A stretch of DNA of 64,000 bases. Source: Chrysomallon squamiferum. Taxonomy: Eukaryota > Animalia > Mollusca. The notes beneath the pieces were generated by a model. That model worked only from the letters and a program-made list of their open reading frames with translations, was not told where the DNA came from and made no database searches. The position numbers and the translations under genes are program-made. The stretch is taken from contig CM022674.1 of assembly GCA_012295275.1 (NCBI GenBank), forward strand, positions 14,012,001 to 14,076,000. Reading direction: 5' to 3'. Positions 1 to 59,782 of the stretch are shown here, piece by piece; the stretch's first letter is position 1; each line of letters starts with the position of its first letter.

Positions 1-60
1 TTAATTATCCCAACACTCAATCTCCGTGTAGCGATTTTCACATAACATCATTTAGCCTGG

Positions 61-320
61 CTACTCTATGTCTACATTAGTGAAATCTTCTTTTTACATA
101 ATTTGTTGGGGTTTGGGTTGTGTATTTTTTTGTTAGCATGTTATATATCTACTCTATGTCTACGTTAGAGAAATCTTCTTTTTACATAATTTGTTGGGGT
201 TTGGGTTGTGTATTTTTTTGTTAGCATGTTATATATCTACTCTATGTCTACGTTAGAGAAATCTTCTTTTTACATAATTTGTTGGGGTTTGGGTTGTGTA
301 TTTTTTTGTTAGCATGTTAT
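61..320. repeat. 88-bp tandem repeat, 3 copies
   Basis: ctactctatgtctac recurs at 61, 149, 237. Confidence 0.9.
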
Positions 321-1945
321 GTTTTATAAAGGGCTTCTATTTATTTCTCAGTCTGTTTTTGATTTTTATACTTTTTGCTATTTTTTTTTCTCAACATCGT
401 AGTCAGTTGTTTTACCCTTTATTTCCATAATTTCCGTCATCGAGAAAAGGAACTGATATTACAAATTGTTTTGCAGTGTCTTTAATATTGTTAACCAATA
501 ATTTGTATCGCCTAAAAGTGAATTATTAGTTTTGCACAATGTGCTCCCTCTTGCAGTACATGCTGTCACGTGATTTATATCTCAATGTTGAAATTAAGTT
601 CTAGAATTAGATTTCTAACTTTGTTGCTAGCTTCTAGACTTTTTTTTTACTACAATTTGACATATCTATATTCTAAGCTAAAAATAAATTCTAATCTCCA
701 GTTAATATACATAGTGCATTAGCCACTTACTCTCTAACAGTTGTTTTTAAAAGGCTGAGCAGTATGTACCAATGAGAGTCTAGCGCTGTTTAGTTATTGA
801 TGAGTCTGTGCTAACAAATGACCATCGTTGTTGCTTACTTGATTGTACACAGTGAAGTGAGGGTTTTGTGTCGTTAATAAAATTTCAATAAACATTTATT
901 AAAAAGAAATGTTACTTTTAAATGAACTGAAATTAAAATAACAATAATAATAAGATACAGTATCAGTCAGCCATGTCACGTGACGTTACAGCTATCTTCG
1001 AGTCAAACATGGAAGACATGATTTGGACCATAAAAATGGTAAAAAAAAGAAGAAGAAAAAAGAGTTTGAAAACTAACATATAGATTACAGTTACAATTCC
1101 TTAATTTAGACGTTTTAACTTTATTATGTCATGTTTCTCACACACACGCACGCACGCACACATACACACAGGCAAACACACCAAGCATATGTGTGTTTTT
1201 TCTCATTGTTTTTCTTAATCTGAATTACACGTTTTAAATGCATTTTAATATTTTAAATTTGTATTTCATTTATTTATTTTTTCATGGATCTACAGTAGAA
1301 AAAAGACTTTTTTGCTAGTTTCAGTTTCTTTTCATACGATTTATATTTTTGTTAAATTTACCTTTGATCTTTAAATTTTACATATACAAACCATTACATC
1401 TTTCAGACAGGAAATAGCCTGTAAAAGGATGAAAAAGGGAGTTAGTGACATTTATCATAGCAAACGACGACAAAATGTGACATGTACGAAAACATATAAT
1501 TATATCTTTACGTGTTTATTCTAAATGGTACATTCCTTCGTTTCTCTTATGTAAATTTAAAATACTTTGTAACTGTTTTTACTATAAAATAAAAGCGTTC
1601 TAAAAATGGAAACTGCGTAATTTTTTCTTTTATTATTCCAAGTTGTACAGAAGAAAAGAGGTGAACATGGTCTTATTTTAATTGCACTTAATATGACGTC
1701 ACTAGAAGACGCATCGTCGTGGGTAATACTGTGAACTAATGACATCTGAACTATGACATCTGAACTATGCTCCTTTTCAAACGTTACATACATCTAACCT
1801 AGGAAAAGGTCATTATTTTATTTATTTATTTATTTACACATTAATTTTGTTTTCTCTTATTTTTATCATCAGTAACTTTAATTACACGTAAATTTATTTT
1901 TAATTGTCTATATTATTAACATTACTGTTGTTATTATTTTTATTT

Positions 1946-1976
<31 letters not shown>

Positions 1977-2273
1977 ACAGATGGCAAATTTAGCAAACAT
2001 TTTTGTCTCAGTGAGAATTTGCAGAAATCGTACACAGCTGTGTCCAGTCTATGTTATTACGGAGAGAGTTAAATGAAGTACTGCTTGTTCTGAGCAGTTG
2101 CAACAAATTTATGTTTCCTTAATGTCAGGATCAAGCACCGAACAAAGGATTTCAAAATTTCTCTGTCATCATCAAGTAACTGAAAAAAGTATTTTATTAG
2201 ACCATAATCTCAGGTAATTTAGATAAATATTTTAACAATTCACCGACATCGTCAAAGAACTGAACCAAATATT

Positions 2274-2860
2274 TCAGTACGTACTGTCAACATAGAACTC
2301 AGTACGTAATGTCAACATATAACTCATTACGTACTGTCAACATAGAACTCAGTACGTAATGTCAACATATAACTCAGTATGTACTGTCAACATAGAACTC
2401 AGTACGTAATGTCAACATAGAACTCAGTACGTAATGTCAACATATAACTCAGTACGTAATGTCAACATAGAACTCAGTATGTACTGTCAACATAGAACTC
2501 AGTACGTAATGTCAACATAGAACTCAGTACGTAATGTCAACATATAACTCAGTACGTAATGTCAACATATAACTCAGTACGTAATGTCAACATATAACTC
2601 AGTATGTACTGTCAACATAGAACTCAGTATGTACTGTCAACATAGAACTCAGTATGTACTGTCAACATAGAACTCAGTACGTAATGTCAACATATAACTC
2701 AGTATGTACTGTCAACATATAACTCAGTATGTACTGTCAAAAAATAACTCTGTATGTACTGTCAACATATAACTCAGTACGTAATGTCAACATATAACTC
2801 AGTATGTACTGTCAACATATAACTCAGTATGTACTGTCAAAAAATAACTCTGTATGTACT
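2274..2860. repeat. 25-bp minisatellite, ~23 copies
   Basis: unit tcagta(c/t)gta(a/c)tgtcaacata(g/t)aac. Confidence 0.92.
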
Positions 2861-3042
2861 CACTTAATTGTTTTAGTTGTGGACTTTCATCATCAAGTAA
2901 CTCAATTAAGTATTAGAGTAATTCACAAATTTCATCAATGTGTTGTTGTTTTTTTCAGTCTGAGCATCAAGTACTTTAGTGTTGTTACCTTAGCAACTAC
3001 CACCTGTACCATGTCCATAAATACCATTGATGCGGCTGCTAC

Positions 3043-3280
3043 TACCTTCACTAATGCAAGCACTATCATGTGTATTTAATACCACTGGTACCTTCACTAA
3101 TGCAAGCACTATCATGTGTATTTAATACCACTGGTACCTTCACTAATGCAAGCACTATCATGTGTATTTAATACCACTGGTACCTTCACTAATGCAAGCA
3201 CTATCATGTGTATTTAATACCACTGGTACCTTCACTAATGCAAGCACTATCATGTGTATTTAATACCACTGGTACCTTCA
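3043..3280. repeat. 46-bp tandem repeat, ~5 identical copies
   Basis: taccttcactaatgcaagcactatcatgtgtatttaataccactgg. Confidence 0.92.
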
Positions 3281-4638
3281 CCAATACCAGAACTACCTAT
3301 ATTTGTACCAAGGATATTGCTGCTATTACCATCAGTACCACTACTATTAGTAGTGTTACTACCATATGAACTAATATCACTAGTACCATTGCTATTATTA
3401 TCACTACCACTAGTATATCTGCTAATATCAGCAGCACCACTACACTACTACTACTACTACTACTGTTGCTGGTATATTTTCAATTGTTTCTAGATAATTA
3501 ATTTTCTAATTCTGACCTGAATACAAATACAAAATTAATTCAGTTTTAGTCGTATTCTTGGTTTTGAACTGAGTATCTAGCAAAGACTCAAAATGTTTAT
3601 TTTATTTTAAATTTTATTACTAATAAAATGAAAGAAACAAAATGACAAACAAGACAACAAAACACTTTACTACCATGAGCAACCATAAAATATAGAAATG
3701 ACAAAGATTTACATAAATATTACATATTAGTACATTCTGCTGTATTCTATGTGTAGAAATATAATATATCAAGTATTACACAGTACATAACATACATTAA
3801 TACACGCTATATATAAATATACATACATATATACATACATATGTATATGTTTGCACGTGTGTACGTAATCACACATACACATGAATGTACAAATACATAC
3901 TTACACATCTAGATATCATATACATACATCCGTATATATATATATATTTGTACAGAAACCAAATACATATAAATAATGTTTTATACCTATATAACAAAAA
4001 GTATATTAACATAAGGTTTGAGAAACAAACTAACAAGAATTAGTTTTGAAAGTTATTATTTTTAATTTAACAGTAAGACTTTATACATCTACTTGCCTGT
4101 AACATACTTTGAAAATGAAGAAATATTTAAACTCACCAATTTCAGTACAGGGCTATAATTATATACCTCCATATGAAAATACATAAAAAAAACAGGTAGA
4201 GAAGAAACCAGCAGCTGCCATACGCTGACCTCTTTTCAATTAGCAATAAGTGATATTTTATATGTGCCATCACATTGGCAGCAGAGCAAAACTCATGGCT
4301 TTTGATAAACCACTCAAGAGGCCATGGTAAGAATGGGGAAAAACTGAGAGAGAGCACTGAACAGAATTGATCTGGTGACAGTCATGTCTGTTTCTTTTTT
4401 ATAATACTGCACATACAGAGGTGACCATAAAAACATGTATGGTATGCAGTGATATAAACATAATGGTATGTGCACATATAAACACAAGCAATATTACATG
4501 TAGAATCATTTACAAATATGTAAAATTTACAAAACAATAATAAGAAAATATTAAAGTATGAAAGATTTATATAATCACAATTTTCAAAATGGTAATTTAG
4601 TTTTTTCTTTGTCATTATTATTGTTATTATTATGATTA

Positions 4639-4682
<44 letters not shown>

Positions 4683-6701
4683 ATTATGCTGTTGTTGTTG
4701 TTGTTGTTGTCTTTTTTCTTTTCTTTTTGGTGTGTTTTTGTTATAACTCCAACAAAAATTTTTTTTACCTAAGTATGTAACATGATTCCAGCTAAAAAAA
4801 AAAAAAAAAAAAAAAAAAATAAAAAGTCCTGTTTCTAATTCTTAAAGACAATTATTCTAACACATTCAGAGTTTAAATATTCACAACAGTTCACACTGCT
4901 GAATCAGAAAATTAATAAAGAGTAAACCACTATACAAACACTGTAACAAGTTATTTTTTATATTTTTTTATTTTTCATTATCATTCTTGATCTTCTTTGG
5001 GTGTTTTATTAACAGCAGCTGTTCTCCCCTGACAGACAAACAGACAGACAGTCAGACAGGTAATAAAAACACAGCAGCTGATACAGTGTTGTCAATTAAA
5101 TAAAACTAATTATCTGGTTTTTAATCAAAACATTTACACTGTGAACATGAAAATATCTCAGTAAAATAACAAAAATCAATAACAATGTAATCTTATGTTA
5201 TATATTTCATTATATTTCATACATTGCATGTGGTGTTGTGTATTCTACAGTTATATAGTCTTATATTGTATGCTGTTATATAACGTTATAGTGTAAACTG
5301 TAGTATAATTTTATATTGTATGCAGTTATATATTATACTGCATACTGTGTTATATCTGTTGTGTTGTATAATCTTACATACTGTCATCTAATATTGTATA
5401 ATATTGTGTATTGTATTGTATACTGGGTTATATCTAATAGTGTATACTATTGTGTATTATATTGTATAATGTTATAATTTTATACTGTATAGTTATATTA
5501 GCTTATACTGTATTCTGTTTTACATATCCCATATACAATGTTATATAATGTTTTATTGTATACTGTACTATATAACCTGATACAAAGTTGTACAATTTTA
5601 CATTATATTCTGTATTATATACATGTTTTAATGGAACAAAGTGTACAGTGCACAGAAAAATCATAGATATATCATTCAGTTTAATCTTTTCAATACACAC
5701 AGAGTTCTGAGCTTCTAGTTTTATTTATGAATTTGTTTATTATTATTATTATTATAAGGAGATATCGTTAAGGATTAATTATATAATAGTTAATAACACT
5801 CTTATCTAGAATGATGACTCTTCCCTCCCATAAATAATTCTGTTTTGACAGTGAAATGAAATGACAAAGAGTGTTTTTGTTTGTTTTCAGTGGCTGGTAT
5901 TCGGGCAGTAAACAAAGAGATAATTAACTGTCTCACTAACACCCAGAGCTCTCAGAATCCCATCTAACACTCATTTCACTGTGAGACAATACAGACATTA
6001 TTACTGTATTATAGGACTTCATAAATTAACTTGATGAATATGTTCATTATTACATTTTATAATTTTTTGAATCCAGAAATGTGTTTGATATTTTGGAAGC
6101 AATTTGTTAAGTTCTGTGGTACAGCATTGAATTAATTTGATAAATGACATCTGGAGAATGAAGATGGTTTTAAGAGACTCAAAACAAAGCACAGTCTAAA
6201 TAGGTCTTGCTCCACTTAACACTGACACGAATCTACTTAAGTAAATAGAGAAAAACTACATTTTGTGAAATGTTGTTTTCTTAAAGATTTCAAGTTTGTC
6301 AATTTGTTAATTATTAAACACAGAACAACAACAACGTCTTTATTATCTAGTTATTAAAGGGAGACAACTACAACTTTTTGATTTTATTATTATAAAGGGA
6401 GAAAATCTAATCTATCAAAGAATAATCAGTACAGAATAACTAGGATTCCGCATTTTGTTTTGACTATGATTTTAAGGAATTACTGTTAATTTTAATTTTT
6501 TTTATTTAAATACTTTTTAGTAAAAACTATTATTATCCACATGAAAATTTGTGCAAACTACAACAAAAATAAAAATTACAAAAAGTGTAGCAAAATCTAA
6601 AAACTATATATATATATATATATTTTGTTTACCAGCTTCAAGATGGATGATCATATAAAATATATTTTGGGGAATATGTGTGTGTAATTCTTACATAGGT
6701 A

Positions 6702-6734
<33 letters not shown>

Positions 6735-6894
6735 CTGTGTATGTGTGTGTGTATGTGTCTGTGTGTATGTGTCTGTGTATGTGTGTGTGTGTGTCTCTCT
6801 GTGTGTGTGTGTGTCTGTGTGTGTGTATGTATGTATGTGTGTTTGTGTGTGTCTGTATCTGTGTGTTTATGTGTCTGTTTGTGTTTGTATGTGG

Positions 6895-6930
<36 letters not shown>

Positions 6931-8377
6931 CAATATCACACAAGTAAATATGGCAACATTATCATATCACATTAAATCTTACAACCTCTATGTACAAAGT
7001 CCACTCATCTATCACAAATGAAAAAACTAAATAATCTACCACTGGCTAGACTTTCCATCATTTATTTTTTAGTTTGAATAAAACAGTTATTAAACAAAAG
7101 TCAGCAAATTGGTAAATAAAAACCCATCTTTAATCACTGAAATGATCAAATGCGAATTAATATATTTTCATTAAACAGCTTTTCAATGAGCATTGAAAGT
7201 TTTCACAACCACATCTGTAGAGATTTACTCAAATTATCATCAAACAGTATTATCATCATGATCATGATCATAATCAATATTATCATTCTGATGTTAATAA
7301 TCAAACAGATGATAATAATCATCACTGCACAATACAAATGTTTAGAGTTAATGATTCTGAAGGTGCTAAAAAATGTTTGTTTAACTTTAAAAAAAAAAAA
7401 TTAATAATATTAAATTCAAAAAAAAAGAAGTATATAAATAAATTGTTTACCAAGAAGCAAAGCCAATAATTAAACAAACCATATCAAAATATCTAGAATA
7501 ATAGTAATAATAATAATAATAATAATAATAGTAATAATAATAAAGGTAATAATAATAATAATTATTATTATTATTTACTTAACTGCCTAGACTGCATTTT
7601 AATAAAATATATTGCACAATATATATATATATTGTTCAGTATATTTTATTTGATGAAAAACTAAAATAATGAAATGTTATATAATTTCAAGAAATATATA
7701 AAATCTAAACAAATATTTCTAGAAGATCAAACATAAAACAGTTTGATGTCTGAAACAGATCAGTCAGGAAACAGCTTTCTTTAATTTGCAAACAACCAAT
7801 GAAACATGTTGTAGTTCACATGCCGTCCAATGAAAAACAGCTTTCATAAAGTCCCAAACAGCCAATGAGAACACTGCTTTCTTGAAGTTCCAAGCAGCCA
7901 GTGAGATATATCATTATGAAATCACCAAAATATATACCTTCCTTTGTTTCCTCACCAACCAATCAGATTAATGGATCTAATTCAGAATCGGCCAATGGAA
8001 ATACACATTTCAAATTTTCAAAACAGTCAGTCTTGGATATTCAGTACCATTTACTTAATGTTTATTTTGGTTAAGATGAAAAATTTTCATCTTGTTTTTT
8101 GCTTTTTGAACAGTATAGGTGTCATTTAACAAGAGTTATCTTCCTCTTAAATCTTTTTCAACAACAGTTATCTTCCATTGAGTATATATTAGATTATTAT
8201 TATTAATAATTACCTTCCATTATATTTTGCAAACACATCACTCGATAGAATTAAACATGAACAACAGTTATCTCCCATTGATTATCCTGCAACATGAATT
8301 ACCTCCCATACTTAAATAGACTGGTTTATTGCTAGAATTGCACAAAAACCGTGTTTGTTTGTCTGTACGTACCATCA

Positions 8378-52965
<44,588 letters not shown>

Positions 52966-52968
<3 letters not shown>

Positions 52969-53107
52969 GCAACCAGGAGACGCCGGCTTCGTTCGGAAAT
53001 GGGTTCAAATCTCTCACTGTGCTGTGAAATTGTCATCGTTTACGCTTGTCGGTCATCGGAGATGCGAAGCTGAGTTCATCCGCCATTTTCCCCAAGCGCC
53101 GATGTTT
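52966..53107 (-). CDS. ECE: ECE exon 1: 5'UTR plus initiator ATG only (coding 52966-52968)
   Basis: CpG-rich segment ending ...TTGCATG|GTAAG. In-frame TGA upstream of this ATG; phase 0 matches exon 2. A strong acceptor-like TTTGTTTGTTTTCATTCTGTCAG ends at 53108, so a further non-coding exon may lie upstream. Confidence 0.65.
53080..53089 (-). promoter_or_regulatory. YY1-like motif AAAATGGCGG in the ECE leader exon
   Basis: exact match to the YY1 consensus often found just downstream of metazoan TSSs; CpG-enriched context. Confidence 0.45.
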
Positions 53108-53402
53108 CTGACAGAATGAAAACAAACAAACGTTTTTTTGTCTTCAGTCGTAGGAACCGTGCACTGTCGACCTCTTTTACAGCAACACGAGTTGTCTCCC
53201 TTCCACTACAGTTCAAGCATGGAAGGCTTAGCGAGTTTTTAAAATAACGATGAGTAATCGGTTATAAACCCTCTCGCAAATTTTTGTTTTGTAGAAGGCA
53301 TAAATGAAATTGATTAATGTGGTTTCTTTTATAATCATCATCATTATTATTATATTAATATTATTACAGCTGCTACTACTATTACTATCACTACCATTAT
53401 TA

Positions 53403-53447
<45 letters not shown>

Positions 53448-54713
53448 TTTATTTATTAACATAATTTTTTTTAAAGTTATTTTGCATGAAATATGATATT
53501 ACAAAAATCAATAAAAAATCACTGTAAATGATAGCCAGTCAGATGGTTTAAATTTGTCAAGTGAAGTCGTGTATATCTATCTATAAATAGATACTATTGT
53601 GTAGGCTAATAAAACATGTTCTACTTTTTCAGAATAAAAGTTTAAAAAGAAAGATGTGTTCCGTTTTAGAGGCGTTTCAAAAGATAGTTTAATGCACGTT
53701 TAACTGAATTAAAACATTAAGAAAAATATATTTAATTCAGTAAATTAAAGATTGATAAGAAATATTGCTTAATGAATATTAAAAGTTAATTTAATTTAAT
53801 ACTTTGATAGAATTAAATTATTAACGAAGATATTTAAATTTATTGCCTTAATGTTGACAGATTTACTTTGTTTGACTTAATTTTTGGTACCTAATCAAAC
53901 AAAATAGTGTATATACTTTTCATACGATTAATAAATTGATTTTCGATCTTCTTGAAGTAGAAGTATACATACTGCCGACTAAAGAATACACAGTCTATGT
54001 TTTACCAAGGATAACGTTGCTGCAGCCGTAGTAGCTGCTGTCTGAACATCTATAGCGTTTCTTTTTCTTTTGACACGAGCTGGTTAAGAGATCGTACTGA
54101 AAAGGAAAATCTTCAAAAACAGTAAACAATGAACCCTGGCACGTGCAAATCTTTAATTTCAGGGCAAAGGGAGAATCTTAACCATGTCGTAATTCAACAT
54201 TTCTTATGTCATTATACTTAACTCACTGACCAGACAGGCTCATTTTAGTAACGGTACAGAAATCTCTGTTTCCAATCTCTGCTGGCTAAGTGTGGCGAGG
54301 TTTTGAACAGTTGGGCTTAGTTCGGGGTTTTGGGTTGGTGAATGACTTTGAAGTATAGTTTCCCTAAAATCTGTGGGGTGGGAAGAATGTTATTAGACAA
54401 GGCATGATGCGTCTGTATAATTGTATACACATGCGTGTACTCACCTGCTTACATTTTCTAACTACGCATACATGTATATATATTCTTTATAAATATCTGT
54501 TTTAGAAACTGTATGTATATATTTGTATACATTAAGTAACTTTTTTGTTATATATATCTGTGCATGCATATATGTATAGAAAACTTAAAATATAAATCAA
54601 TAAATAATAAATAAATAAATTTGCGAATCTATCGAAAGTGTGTCATGCAGAGCAAAAACTGTTGCTAACAAAATGTTAGGAAAGAAAAGTAAATACTATA
54701 TCAGTTATTCCTC

Positions 54714-54744
<31 letters not shown>

Positions 54745-55506
54745 TAATAACGATGGTGATGATGATTTTGATGATGATGATGATGATAAGAAGAAGGAGA
54801 AAAAAAAAGGAGAAGAAATATGAGAATTTATATGAAAAAAGTTAAATATAAAATAAATAAATACAACATGAGAAGTCACCTGGTGAGTGATGACACACCT
54901 CTCAGAGTGGCTAATACGGGAAATGTGTTCCTGGGGGCCTGTTCACACAGGTACAGAACTTAATTACATCAATTTTCTTTTTTCATTCAAAACCAGTATT
55001 AGACTGGATGAAGGGAGGCAACTGCACAAAACAAAACAATGTTCACGAACAAGTTTTCTTATACTACTACAACTCTGCATTTTGACTGAAAGTTAGAAAG
55101 AAATGTTTTGAAAGTCATTCACACAAAACAAGTAAAATTCTTACTTCATTGTTTTAACGTTTTGAGATATTTTTACTGTCCTTGTGAGTATTTTTAGTGC
55201 AAATTATAAATTATCTGAATCTGAGTCTGAGCTGGGAGTACAATTTCCATTAAAAAAACATGGGAGGGGGGTGATTTTATTAGACCAGCACCAGCCGGGA
55301 CATTTACTGGGCCCTGCAAGAGTAAACAGCACAACTTGAACTTGTACACTGAGTCAGAACAGACGAACAGACGAACAGACTCAGTGTTTCAACAAGCAGC
55401 TGTTTGTACTTAAAACACTTGAAGTGAGTGATAAAAAAACACTGTGAGAGACTTCAGTGTTTGGGGTGACAGAACCATGGAAACGTGACGTGTACTGCTT
55501 TAAAAA

Positions 55507-56185
55507 GACACAGACTGGCGGGTGAAAGCTCGGTAGCTGACAGACACTGGCGTGTGAAAGCTGGGTAGCTGACAGACACTGGCGTGTGAAAGCTGGACAG
55601 CTGACAGACTCTGGCGGGTGAAAGCTGGGTAGCTGACAGACTCTGGCGTGTGAAAGCTGGGTAGCTGACAGACACTGGCGTGTGAAAGCTGGGTAGCTGA
55701 CAGACACTGGCGTGTGAAAGCTGGGTAGCTGACAGACACTGGCGTGTGGCTGGGTAGTTGACAGACACTGGCGGGTGGAAGCTGGGTATCTGACAGACAC
55801 TGGCGTGTGAAAGCTGGGTAGCTGACAGACACTGGCGTGTGAAAGCTGGGTAGCTGACAGACACTGGCGTGTGAAAGCTGGGTAGCTGACAGACACTGGC
55901 GTGTGAAAGCTGGGTAGCTGACAGACACTGGCGTGTGAAAGCTGGGTAGCTGACAGACACTGGCGTGTGAAAGCTGGGTAGCTGACAGACACTGGCGTGT
56001 GAAAGCTGGGTAGCTGACAGACACTGGCGTGTGAAAGCTGGGTAGCTGACAGACACTGGCGTGTGAAAGCTGGGTAGTTGACAGACACTGGCGGGTGAAA
56101 GCTGGGTATCTGACAGACACTGGCGTGTGAAAGCTGGGTAGCTGACAGACACTGGCGTGTGAAAGCTGGATATCTGACAGACACT
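55507..56185. repeat. 32-bp GC-rich minisatellite, ~21 copies
   Basis: gacagacactggcgtgtgaaagctgggtagct. Confidence 0.93.
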
Positions 56186-56325
56186 GTAGAGTGCAGATGG
56201 CTCAGACGAACTATTGTCCCCCTGTGTGTATGACTGAAATGAAGAGAAGGATTCTTAAACCTTGTTCAACCAAACAGACACGCAACTGCTTCTGAATATG
56301 TACAATGAACACTCAGCTTATAGTT

Positions 56326-56638
<313 letters not shown>

Positions 56639-57145
56639 AGACTTGACGACATTTTCTGCCGCTGAAAATGACGCAAATTTGTCCACCTCAGTCAGAATCT
56701 TTTCACGCGACAAATGTGGACAGTTAAATGTGTGAATACGCTACAGCTGCTCGTACAACTCACGTAGATCTGACAAACCGCAGTTCACGGCTAATTAACG
56801 TTAATACAGTGAGCAGTTTTATTACGTCACAGTAAGCAGTTTCAAACAGATTCATTTTGCGATTCATTATTTCATTTATTTACTTGTGTGCGTGTATGTG
56901 TGTTTGTGTGCTTGCACACACACAAAACAAATTTCGAAACTCATTTTTTGGTGAAAATATATTCCTTGTGTAGCTAACTTTGGCAAACACTAAAATATTT
57001 AAAAATGGCTTAAAATAATTATAATAATTAATATAAAAAAAATAAAATAAAAAATACAAAGATGTTCAGCATAGCAGTAAAATTATACTATTTGTCTGAT
57101 CATCTATTTAAAAAAAAAAAAAAAAGTAATTATGTCTGAATTTAT

Positions 57146-57237
<92 letters not shown>

Positions 57238-58148
57238 CAGTTACATATCTGTATGTTTATAAATTGTATTTCGTTCTTTGTTTCTGTTTGCCTGTGGTAT
57301 ATTTTATTTATCAGATATATTAATTAGTTCTATTACATAGTCACACGCACACACACAGAGACTAGGTCTGTACGCAGAGGTTAGTTTGGAGGTGGATGTG
57401 TAATTCACACTGGAATGTTTTAAAATCTTCACTGCCCGAGACACATTTTCCTGCATTTTGGGAAGGAAAATTTTAAATTTTATTTCCTGAGATTATGCCA
57501 CAACTGAGAAAACTTTACTGAGTTGACGTCATCGGTTTTTTGATATAAATATTTTTTTTTTTTTTTTTTTTGTACACCTCTACGGACGGACCTCGACACA
57601 CCCAAAGAGACTTACGTAGGCGCACGTGCACACACACTTATAATTAATTACACAGACACGTAACTAAACGCACACACATGCAGATAATTACACCGACGCA
57701 CATAATTATATTCTTTATAATGGATATTTTATTGATTTAATGTAAAACTTAGCCTCGTTTTCACGGCTAGAAGTCAGAGAGAGGAGTAATAACATCTGTG
57801 TACGTCCAGTCCAGTCTTTCATGCTTACACACACCTCACTGCCCCGCTATGAATCGTAAGTTTTAAAAAATAATCTTTTATTCATTTCTTTAATTACCAC
57901 TTATTTAAATTTAGTTATTTATCATTTTAAAGAATATTTTACATTTCGTTTATATGTATGCATCCATGTGTATGAATATAATGTTTGTTTACCTGTGAAT
58001 ATGGTTTTTGTATGTATGTATGTGTGTGTGCTTGTATAATATGTATTTCTCTGTCAATGTATATACCTGTGTATGTGACCGTATGTATATTTGTTTATAT
58101 GTATGTTTGTGTGTATGTATGTCTGTCTGTATGCTTGTGTATATGTAT

Positions 58149-58198
<50 letters not shown>

Positions 58199-58620
58199 GC
58201 GTATGTATGTATGTATGTATGTATGTATGTATGTATGTATGTATGTATGTATGTATGTATGTGTTATTATTATGTACCTCCCCAATTTAGAAAATATGAA
58301 ACTGTAAAAAAAAAAAAATCCAGTAGAATACAGTTTTATTTTGCAGTTATTTTGAAATGAAAATTTTAAAATCGCGTTTACGTCAGTAGTTCTCAGTGTT
58401 TCTGTGACATTTCTTCTCCTGTTTTCTTCTCTCATTTTACATCACATCTAGTAAATTACTTCCATCATTATCCCTTTAACAGAGACAGTTACTGAAACTT
58501 ATTATGAAATACTGTATTTAATTCACCAATTTCGTATTCCTACTAATTTAAAATTATCCCTTAACAAAAATTATTTCCCCATACTTCTTCTTAAATTTGT
58601 AATTCCTCACTTGGTTTGCA

Positions 58621-58656
<36 letters not shown>

Positions 58657-58761
58657 ATAGTGTGTGTGTGTGTGTGGATAGATAAATAAGTAGATAGATA
58701 GACACAGATAGATAGATATAGATATATAGATATGGATACACGTAAGTACAGAGTGAGAGAG

Positions 58762-58875
<114 letters not shown>

Positions 58876-59309
58876 TTAACTTGTAATATAAATCTACCGT
58901 AAATAGAAAGACAAATAAAATAGAGAAGTTTGAAAGATAAACCATAGTAGCCGAAACGAAATATAAATTAATGTGTGTGTGTGTGTGTGTACATACGTAT
59001 ACAGAGAGAACTAAAATATGAATCTGCTATTACCACTGCGGTTATACCAGCAACGTGCAAAATGTCGCAGAAAAATGATCGTGTTAGCAAACACATGTTA
59101 TGCAGTTTAAATGTCTTGGAAAGTATTGATAACACATTAAAATAACAAGTATGCAAAATAAGCCAGTTTGGTATTAAAATGATCCAGCTGTTATTGATGA
59201 TAAGTTAATATTATTTGATTTAAAAGATTTGACGGATAACAGTATTGCCGAGAAAACAAGGAAACAAAAGAAAATAAATAAAATTAAAATTAAAATAAAC
59301 ATAATAAAC

Positions 59310-59368
<59 letters not shown>

Positions 59369-59670
59369 TTTGTTTAATAATAAAATTTAAAAAAAAAGAA
59401 AGAAAAGAAAGGGATATATATATATTTATGTTTTTATGTTATAATGAATGTATATAAATAAAAAACAAAAGGATCAGAAATACTGAAAATTAATATTTAT
59501 CGATTAGTGTTATACAAAGAGGAAAAATTTTTCATTTCTTTTATTGTAATTATTTTTTAAATAGCGCGGAAAATGTTTCAGCGGTTTGTTTATATCCATC
59601 AAATGGTTTATAAATGTGGTTAAAAGACAGAACACAGATGGCTCAGTATATCTGAGTTTATCTTTGTTTG

Positions 59671-59782
<112 letters not shown>

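Noticed and set aside
55381-56184. 206-267-aa repetitive ORFs
   Set aside because: 32-bp minisatellite, unit not a multiple of 3, same peptide cycling in all frames.
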